This document shows positions 12,148-20,000 of a DNA stretch of 20,000 bases, piece by piece; the stretch's first letter is position 1, and each line of letters starts with the position of its first letter. Position numbers and translations under genes: made by a program. Below the pieces are notes generated by a model. The model searched no databases. It was not told the origin of the DNA and was given only the letters and a program-made list of their open reading frames with translations. Location of the stretch: positions 58,741-78,740 of the forward strand of contig JAUGWO010000106.1 of NCBI GenBank assembly GCA_049724395.1, written 5' to 3'. The stretch is from Spongospora subterranea f. sp. subterranea (Eukaryota).

Positions 12148-12222
12148 CCCGACCGAACCCAACCCGAACTACTGTACCTCAACCTAAAACCCAACCCAAC
12201 CTCAACTCAACCCGCACCCATC
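12148..12222. repeat. Degenerate (AACCC/AACCT/GACC)n low-complexity tract
   Basis: cccgaccgaacccaacccgaac...ctcaacctaaaacccaacccaacctcaactcaacccgcaccc; strongly C/A-skewed. Confidence 0.6.
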
Positions 12223-12624
12223 CATTACATCAAATCGAACGAAACCCTTTTTATGGGTAGTGTTTTATCTGGTGTTTTGTTGATTTAGGTTTTGGCTTGA
12301 CATGATTTGCTTCGTTGGCGATGCGGATGATCGATATGGCGTTTAAAGAGGACGGCAAAATTCGGTAGACCAGAGACTGGCAGGCGCACCATTCTTATTA
12401 TGGCCAGAACCTGCTGATATTCTAACAGGTAGTTTACAATTGAAAGGTCAGTTTTATGAAGGTTGCCGGGGCGCTTGATCAGCGTTACAACGACACCAAA
12501 ATGTTGTGAAAAAAAGATTATGAGGACACATCTGTTCAGTTCCCGCCTTGGGGAGCATCACAAAAATAGCACGATTTCACACGAATTATAGTAATTTACT
12601 GAATATCGATTTTTACCGATGAAC

Positions 12625-13787
12625 TTATGTAGTGCACCAGCTTCCACGGCGCGGTGACTTGGGGGAATTCGGCCCTTTCTGTTCAGAACAGCGTTCAACG
12701 GTCTCCTGCAGTCCCTTGAAATATTTGACCGTTTTTACACGGAGCTCCAATGTCGAATCTTCGTCGCAGACAATGATTGCGTTTTCGTGTAACTGAATTG
12801 CAGACCTAGCCCGCGATGAAAAATCATGATGGTGCGATTCGCTTGAAACTTACACAGTCCACATATGGCTGATCCCTTCTTCAATCGATTTCTGTAAAGC
12901 TAACGCTTTGCTGATCCCGGTTATGATGACCAATACTTCTCTCGAATTAAGAAATGTTTGAACTCCCACAGTTAATGCGCGCTTAGGAACTTTAGAAATG
13001 TCGCCATCAACTGCAGCAAGGTTAAAGAGCGAATACTGGAATCGTGCACTGAATTACAGAAGCGAGAGTTGGCGACAATCGTATCGTACGCTAAGGTTTT
13101 CAAACGAGTTCTGGATGCCAAAGAGCTTCCAGGTTCGTTGAATGCAATCTGAAATCAATGGTCAGATTAACCGCAAGCACAACAGAGCCTTGAACGAACA
13201 TGGCCATCAGGTCCGATACCGCCCAAAAATCTGCCACAGAACAAATCAGAAGAAATGACTATCGACGAGAATGCTATTTTACAGTTCAATGCCTCCAAAG
13301 GCTTCGATTTTGTTCTCATAGTTTTGGCATTCCTGGACTAAATCCTCTGCATTGCCATCCAAAATATTCACATTTTCGCGAGGGATATCGATATGTTTAA
13401 AAAAATGCTCCCACATGAAAGAATGCTAATAAAAAATGATTTAGATTCTCCCATTCAGCTTAGATAACATAATTACATATGATTCAGGGTGATTCTCCGG
13501 TAAGCCGCAATACTCGTCCATATTGAATGTGACAACATGCTGAAAACTGATCCTGCCGCTCTGATGTAATCGAATCAAATGCTTGTAGCTATAACACCAG
13601 CGTTAGTTCAACGATGTCAATCTGCCGGCAAACCATGGCCATACGTGGGTATCGGGCTACTTCCCGTAGGAAGACCCAGCACGAATGGGCGAGCGGCTGT
13701 GGGACCAAATTCGTTTATTCTGTCGACGACATAGTTGGCGACATACAGTCCAACCTCTTCCTTTCCTTGTCGTATGATCAACCTCAT
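12625..13787 (-). CDS. GNPDA: Glucosamine-6-phosphate deaminase (NagB/GNPDA), 7 exons; missed by the ORF track
   Basis: Spliced: MRLIIR...[19 protein letters not shown]...[34 protein letters not shown]...[46 protein letters not shown]...[10 protein letters not shown]...[17 protein letters not shown]...[23 protein letters not shown] at 13787, TAA at 12625-12627. Confidence 0.97.
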
Positions 13788-14154
13788 TGACCAATAGACA
13801 ATGCGTTATATCTGGCGTTACGCAAGTTCCACCGTCGGGGTTGGCCGGCGCCTATCTGACTCACCCGCTCACAATCTATATGACGTTACAGGAAAGATGG
13901 ACACTGAGTTCCCTCCTCTCCCGTCCCCTCCGGCCGACACCCCAGTCCCACATAACCACTAACTTGGCGCAATATTCAACTTCAACGCATTCGATTGAAC
14001 ATTGTGGCCCGATTGAGGAATCCGAGTTCAGTAGAAGTGCGTCAGACTGGTCGATTAACGTCAGGGAGGGGGGTCGAGATTATCTACAACTACAGATATT
14101 GTTAACAATGCAACAACTACGCTATATAAAGTTAATGTATTACTGCAATTACGT

Positions 14155-15543
14155 TTATGGTCTAGAAGCGCTCGTGTTGCTGACCGACTTGGAGTTAAGA
14201 TTGGAGCCGTGATTCGATTTCAATCCTTTTTTGTGTTTGCCCTTTCCAGAACCCGTTTTCGACGAGAGCCATTTGATCAGGTCGCGGATTGAGACCTGAC
14301 CGTCTTCCCCGACATGCTCCTTCGGTTCAGGCTTTACTGTCTCAGGTTGTGGTGGTACACTGTTTCCTTGCGATTTTAGCCAACTGATCAGCTCTCCAAC
14401 CGATACATCGGAAGCAGCCTCCTCTGAAACAGCCGCGCCCTCGTTTGTCGGCGCAGTGGTAGGATCCTCGCCACCCAGCCATCGTATCAGATCACCAACA
14501 GTATCCTGCTTTGTCGCCGAGTATGGTGCAGATGTGCCATTGTTCGTTGGGTTTGCAGAATTCCCAACATCGGTCGAATTTGTGCCATTGTTCCTTGGAA
14601 TATCAGAATCCCTAACATCTGTAGAATTTTCACCTTGAAGGTCCCCCGTCTGAGTTATGCTCTGTGTGATGTTTTTTGGTAATGACGAACTGTTTGATGC
14701 TGAATTATCTATGATCGGATCCTGTGAATTGCGAAAAGGCTTGGTGCTGTTCGTTTTCTTTCCCCGTTTCGTATCCACTTTGATTGGCGCGCTTGTCACA
14801 TTTGGCGGCAATGTCGAGTTGGAGTTTGGAATAGGACCCGACGGGTCATTCACTGGGAGGCCTTCGACAGGTTTGGCAACACTCCATAATTGGTCATTGG
14901 CGATTTTTTCGTTCCAAACCAAAGGAGATGGCGTCATCTTCTTTGAAGGATTCCCCATATCAATGTTGATTGGTATCGGTCTACCCATGCCGGCTCTAAC
15001 CGGGTTCCCGAACTCATCGCATTCGGCCTTTCCGTTCGGGTGCTTGATTCCTGCAGATTTGGGTTGGCCGCTGGATGTAGCCAACGCCATCAGCGCCTCT
15101 GCTGCCATCATGTTCTGTTGAGGGGTTGGCTGCGCCATGTTGGGTTGAGAAAACGACGCCGCGTGTGGCTGATGTTGGAATGCTCCCGGGCTCATATCCC
15201 GCTGGAATCCCGCTCCAGCTACCGGTTGACCCACTGACACCTGATCGTTCAGGAACCCGTACACAACTCTAGGAGGAGTTGCAACACCAGGGCCAACTGG
15301 GTTCAGCATCGGTCTCGATTGAACGAGGTTATTGTTCATTCCTTGAGGGTTGACCAAAGGTGATCGCCCCATTTCGAATCTCATATCGGTCGCTTGCATT
15401 GCGGATTTTCCTGCTCCTGCTGGTGGTCCATTACCAAGGGCATTGTTGGACTGCAAACCCCATCCTTGATCTTGGACCATACCCGGCATCATCGCATAAC
15501 AGCTAATGAGAGTACATGCAGCAATCAGAATTAACTTAGCCAT
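14155..15543 (-). CDS. Intronless 462-aa predicted secreted, largely disordered protein (candidate effector or surface/wall glycoprotein)
   Basis: Only long uninterrupted ORF in the window. The N-terminus MAKLILIAACTLISCYA looks like a signal peptide. It has a P/Q/G/M-rich first half, many N-x-S/T sequons, three DLIxWL-type repeats and a basic C-tail. Confidence 0.85.
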   Translation of the reverse strand: MAKLILIAACTLISCYAMMPGMVQDQGWGLQSNNALGNGPPAGAGKSAMQATDMRFEMGRSPLVNPQGMNNNLVQSRPMLNPVGPGVATPPRVVYGFLNDQVSVGQPVAGAGFQRDMSPGAFQHQPHAASFSQPNMAQPTPQQNMMAAEALMALATSSGQPKSAGIKHPNGKAECDEFGNPVRAGMGRPIPINIDMGNPSKKMTPSPLVWNEKIANDQLWSVAKPVEGLPVNDPSGPIPNSNSTLPPNVTSAPIKVDTKRGKKTNSTKPFRNSQDPIIDNSASNSSSLPKNITQSITQTGDLQGENSTDVRDSDIPRNNGTNSTDVGNSANPTNNGTSAPYSATKQDTVGDLIRWLGGEDPTTAPTNEGAAVSEEAASDVSVGELISWLKSQGNSVPPQPETVKPEPKEHVGEDGQVSIRDLIKWLSSKTGSGKGKHKKGLKSNHGSNLNSKSVSNTSASRP

Positions 15544-15919
15544 TGGTTTGATTGCAGTTTTGGTACGAATATGTTAAATACGACTGTTGATATTGTAAAT
15601 GGGCTGATCAATACGTCCTTACGTATGATGCAACTGGTTATTAATACTTTGAGTTGACTCATCCATTCCAGAAACGACCGTTTCCCATGGCTGCGTCACC
15701 AAGGTCCCTGTGGCCCAAGCTACCTGACCCCTGCTGGTTTACTGTCTGGTTCCGAAAATAGATGATGGTGTCTTGACAGTTCGGGTCCGATGACAGATCA
15801 TCAGTGGTATCAGCTCCATAAATAGAGCGGATCACATGAGCTAACTGAATCACTGAAGGGAGGGTGGTGCCTCGTTACTCGATCGTAACGCGGTCTGAGG
15901 AGGGAGGGGCTGTAGCGTG

Positions 15920-17833
15920 ATGACACACGACCTCCCACTGATATGTTCATCTATTGCCGACGCCATCATCAATGATGACCCATCCCTGCTTGTCCAGACC
16001 TTCAAAGTGGATCGGCATCAGTTCCTATCAGCATTCCCCCAATGGTTACCCGCGATGTTAACCTTGTATGTTCCATCACTTTCTGAGAACGTACTCGTAG
16101 TTTCTCGCATACGGGTTTGGATACGAATCAGGTTCGGTTTCCTTCCAAAATCCTAGCTGAACTGTCATCATTGGGCCTATGGGATTTGTGCCTGCTTCTA
16201 CTCCATCAGTATCCATGCCATCGTCGCGTGAGCATTTCTTTCTCAACAGCAGTTTCCGCTGCTGTTGATCAGCAATGGCAATTGATCCATCTATTCCTGG
16301 ACCGTGATTACATTCCGCCAAACATAGGTCCATCATTCATCGTCCATATTTGTTTTTTAACCCAATCATATAGGCAACAATGCATTATTACGAGTGGCGT
16401 TGGTGTCAAACAATCCGGTCATGGTCACGCGCCTGTTATCGTACGATGCAGTCCACCGATCTATCTCCTCGAGCTCACCCTGCATGGTTAAGTGCCTCTT
16501 TCGTATATGTCAAGTTCGCAATGTCCCTTGCCAGCAAAACGCCTTCGTCATTGCCTTATAGAACGGTTGCATCGATTCGCTGAGGATAGTCATGGAAAAA
16601 TCGCTTGTTAACCCAGCAATATATCGATATCGAGCAGTTATCATCGCCGCGCAATATGGACATGAGCACTTGGTTAGTATTCTGCTCCCCCAGTTGTTGC
16701 CACTTCCCGTTTCCCAAACAATATCGGTGATTTGACTCTGTCAACATTTCAAGAGTTCAGCTCGTAACTAACACGAATTACAGTGTGGTATGACCAGTTT
16801 GATTACCGCTGTGAGATTAGCATTAACACATGGGCATTTTGGTGTGGCCCATCGTCTGCTGTTAATTATTGGTCCTGACATATTGAGTCGTACCTGGCTC
16901 TCCTATATGATTACAATTGCCGTTACAACCAAAGATTGTAATGAGGGTGCCGGGGACATCGTATCATTGTTTGTATCAATGTGTGGGCATTCTCGCCCAT
17001 CTCTGATTCAGGTATTTTGAACTTAACGATGCTGTCTTGATAACTTTTTGCCGAACACTTTTCCTGCGTCCGATTATATATGCATTTATGACACGTTTTG
17101 TATTCAACAACACTTGAAACACCGATTTCAGGGTGCGATTGAGATGTCGATTCGAATGGGCAATGCGTATTTGAGTAAAGCTCTAATCGGTTCCTCGCTG
17201 TCAGCAAGTATCAGGTACATGAAAATGAGAGTTGCAGCGAGAACAGCATGTATTAATGGGTAGGATCAGCGTTGATTTGGAGAGCATAGGAAACTCTTTA
17301 GCAGATGATGCAAATTTGAGCCTAATCAACGCAATACTCACTTTTGATCAGGTTCGATTCCTTCTCCACACTCTCAGAACACATTAGCTGATTTTCACAG
17401 ATGCGCGATCATATACCGTTCCAGGCTGCGAATAAGGTAGATATGTGGCGTCGCAAACTGGTGACGATTTATTTTACGATTATGGACACAAAACTATCGG
17501 TTATCCCTCTAAGCCTGATTCACATCATATTAATATATAGTCATGGTGATTATTTACGAGGTAATTACGAGATTTCCAAACAATAGGAACTCAGAAGTGA
17601 ATTTTTCAGGAGAGACGGAGCGTGAACAGCTCCGGGACCTTCAGCGTCTTATTTTGAGTGAAAGCTATTGTGGTCATAACACTGATTTAGCCGACGATGA
17701 AGACGAGGATGATACTCCTATTTCATCGATATTTCTGGTATTCGCTTTAAATGCCATTTAGTTTTTCATATTTCCTGAGTTTGTTCTCTGGTTATAGTTG
17801 AGTCCATGGTATGAACAAGATGACGATGAATGA
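15920..17833 (+). CDS. Divergent ankyrin-repeat protein with acidic C-tail, multi-exon; possibly a pseudogene; 3' exon phasing not fully resolved
   Basis: Ankyrin-like units after splicing: PNIGNNALLRVALVSNNPVMVTRLL, NAFVIAL*NGCIDSLRIVM, NPAIYRYRAVIIAAQYGHEHLVSILL, TAVRLALTHGHFGVAHRLL, GAIEMSIRMGNAYLSKALI. Tail DDEDEDD.../LSPWYEQDDDE* with TGA at 17831-17833. Confidence 0.65.
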
Positions 17834-18833
17834 TGGGGGCATAACGACCTCAAATGTTAAATATACGGTACATGAATTACAATCATAACAACGTGCCCCT
17901 CAACGCATTCTGTAATGACCCAAACTCTCATTTCTACAAATTGATTGTCACAATCGAACATTCATGAAACAAGCAGATAGACTCGACCATTTCTTAATCT
18001 GTGGATTATTTCAGGATCATTTTTCAATCAGCCATGGGTTTTCCGCCAATAGAATACGGGCACCAAACGGTGATAGCCGAATCGCAGTCAGATCCGGCCT
18101 CACGTAGAATCTTGAAAGCAGGAGATTCAGGCGACGATCGTTCACATTTACGGTCTTTAATACAGTTAGGGTAATTTTGAAAACCGTGTAATGAAATCTA
18201 ATTCCAATTACGAAAAGAGTCTTCTTGTGAAGAGTCAAAATAATTATTATAGACGCTTTGGGAAGAGCGAGCAAAGTACATCCAATATTCGGCACAGTCC
18301 ATGAGATGATAAGCCCTTGATACGCTGTCGTGAGGCCAATTGACAGTCGTTATTTTGCAGTCCACTGCTTCAGTTGTAATCCCTCTGAGCTTTTGCCTAG
18401 CAAACCTCCGCTCGCCCAGTATTTAGCCTTCGGAAGAAAAGATTCTTCAATACATAGCACAAAAGGACTCGACTGAACAACACCAGGAATAACATCACTA
18501 TCGACTGCCGGGCGACAATGGAGACCGAATGTCTACTGCGGGATCGATATTCAAATTCGGAACAAGACAGTCTTGTGAAATTTTAGGAAACAAAATGCTA
18601 TGAGCATATTAACAACCGGGACCGAAACATGGCTGCATCAGACGCCACCAAGAAGCGATATGCATCCATGAACTGCTATGTGAACTCCAGTTAATCAACA
18701 AGAAGTAGGCAGTTATATTCCATAAAAAACGGGAGCAAACCTCTGAGAAAACAACTAGACGGGTAAAACATTGAATGAACCATGTGACGTCCGATACCAA
18801 CTCATAAACATCAGGTTCGAGCAAAAGCGAATT

Positions 18834-19927
18834 CTCCGGGGTGGTGCAAGAAGGTCATATATTGAAAAAAGTGCGTAACTAAGACCTATATATGGTCGGC
18901 CAGGATTTTTTCAAAGGAACAAGAAAATATTCAAAAAATGTACCTATTTGGAGGCCAATTTTTGTTTTTGAAATAAAAGGCCGCGTCGCCCCAATCAAAA
19001 GTCCATTGTGTCCACGCATTTTTTTCGACGGCAATTTCTAAAAATAGGTTCATGGTGGAGGCCAGGGTTCAGACAGTACAGCGATTAGTTTGCCATTTCG
19101 TGTTTAGATATGCAGGGCTCCTCGTTCGACAACCCATTTATTGCTCACGCTGTGCAGTCAGGATCGCACTTCGACGTCTCCAGGTCGCCACCGTTTGCGA
19201 ATGGTGATGCAGTGATTTTACCCCGTATGGTCGCCACACCGCCTGTTCCTGATCCACATTACGAACATGCTGCACTTCCCAAACGATTACCCTCCCAATG
19301 ACTTTGAAGCGCAACCAACGCGAAGGTTGGCGTCTTGATGATATGGAGCCATGCAATTGCACCAAATTGGCTTGCGACCAAAACATAGACCCTATTGCTG
19401 TCAATGCGATGAGGTTTATATCTTGCACCAGACCCAACACAACTGACAGCAGCAATATCTGTAAAAAAAAGAAAACAGAGAACCGACGAAATATCGAAAT
19501 TTGATTCTCTTAATAAACAGTCCAGTTTGCATGTTTTTTATGTTGAATAAGTTCTCGAACGCGAAGTTCATCCATCGGGTCTTTCACTTACATGACAAGT
19601 GGGACGGCCAACCGCACGAGTTATCAAACCCTTTAACAACAGGGAAGAGTTGAATTTGTCCTTGTTTTATAAATGGATCCACACTGTTTGTTCTTGACTT
19701 CTTGAAAAATAACCGCTAAAGCGTGCGGAAACTTGCCCAATCTCAGTTTTTTCTAGCGATGAAAACAGATGGTCGCACCTATCGGGTACTGGTCGAGGTA
19801 AGATATCAACAGCCGCCTCAGGACTTGTCAATGAAACCAACGCTCCTATCCATATTGTAAACCTTCAAACTCGATTTCCTTGGATACACGGAATTTCAAT
19901 ATATGACCTTCTTGCACCACCCCGGAG
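18834..19927. mobile_element. Non-autonomous DNA transposon, 1094 bp, with 34-bp perfect TIRs and AATT target-site duplication (Sola1-like by TSD)
   Basis: 18834-18867 CTCCGGGGTGGTGCAAGAAGGTCATATATTGAAA is the exact reverse complement of 19894-19927. AATT flanks both ends (18830-18833 and 19928-19931). The interior has only short ORFs. Confidence 0.92.
19110..19504 (+). pseudogene. Probable frameshifted/truncated N-terminus of the element's transposase
   Basis: Two overlapping short ORFs inside the TIRs (19110-19301 and 19298-19504). The second has PCNCTKLACDQNI, a Cys cluster like those at the N-terminus of some DNA transposases. No catalytic core is visible. Confidence 0.4.
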
Positions 19928-20000
19928 AATTGTCATCAACTACACTACCCAGTCACGACCATCACAAAGAAGAGTGAAAAACTACTAACCTACCTTGCAT

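Larger units (their letters stand above)
18017..20000 (-). pseudogene. Hypothetical multi-exon gene entering from the right edge and interrupted by the transposon; exon structure and 3' end unresolved
   Basis: A minus-strand donor (AG/GTAGGT near 19993) and acceptor (near 19940-19945) lead into VDDN, which continues SLLLEPDVYELV once the element is removed. Further exon-like segments lie downstream (QFMDAYRFLVASDAAMFR; SPFVLCIEESFLPKAKYW). Confidence 0.4.

Noticed and set aside
14456..15237. Plus-strand ORFs 14456-14638, 14657-15121 and 15040-15237, and similar antisense ORFs elsewhere in the track
   Set aside because: They are shadows of real coding sequence on the opposite strand.
12625..15543. 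GNPDA plus the secreted protein as a chitin/GlcNAc gene cluster
   Set aside because: No other GlcNAc pathway gene is present and the secreted protein has no visible chitin-binding module.
15659..15853. 64-aa minus-strand ORF between the secreted and ankyrin genes
   Set aside because: No ATG start, no domain and no convincing upstream exon that avoids the ankyrin gene.
17345..17370. GGTTCGATTCC, a tRNA T-loop/B-box-like motif (a similar one lies near 7425)
   Set aside because: No cloverleaf or acceptor stem. It coincides with an intron donor here and with coding sequence at 7425.
1..20000. UAG stop-codon reassignment: all my gene models end in TAA or TGA, and one TAG sits in-frame in the ankyrin gene
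   Set aside because: The GNPDA, kinase, Cdt2 and 462-aa reading frames together contain no in-frame TAG, so a general reassignment is unsupported. The number of stops is also too small to be informative.

Overview
Gene-dense, intron-rich eukaryotic DNA, mostly with GT-AG introns of about 45-60 nt and very short intergenic spacers. The architecture and gene content suggest a compact protist genome, possibly a phytomyxid; this is inference only. The ORF track fragments almost every gene, so I spliced the models by hand. In order: the 3' part of a Cys-motif/coiled-coil gene (+); a Cdt2/DTL WD40 gene (-); a decayed transposon-associated Myb/SANT-like ORF (+); an F-box/LRR gene (-); an IKS1-family kinase with a hydrophobic C-tail (+); a small lysine-rich conserved protein (-) ending 20 bp from the kinase stop; glucosamine-6-phosphate deaminase (-); an intronless 462-aa secreted protein with repeated motifs (-); an ankyrin-repeat gene with a suspicious in-frame TAG (+); and a 1094-bp non-autonomous DNA transposon (perfect 34-bp TIRs, AATT target duplication) inserted in what looks like a coding exon (-). 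I found no rRNA, tRNA or CRISPR array. I cannot demonstrate a wholly new system. The best leads are the young TIR element, the secreted protein and the minimal Cdt2 with a PIP-like tail.
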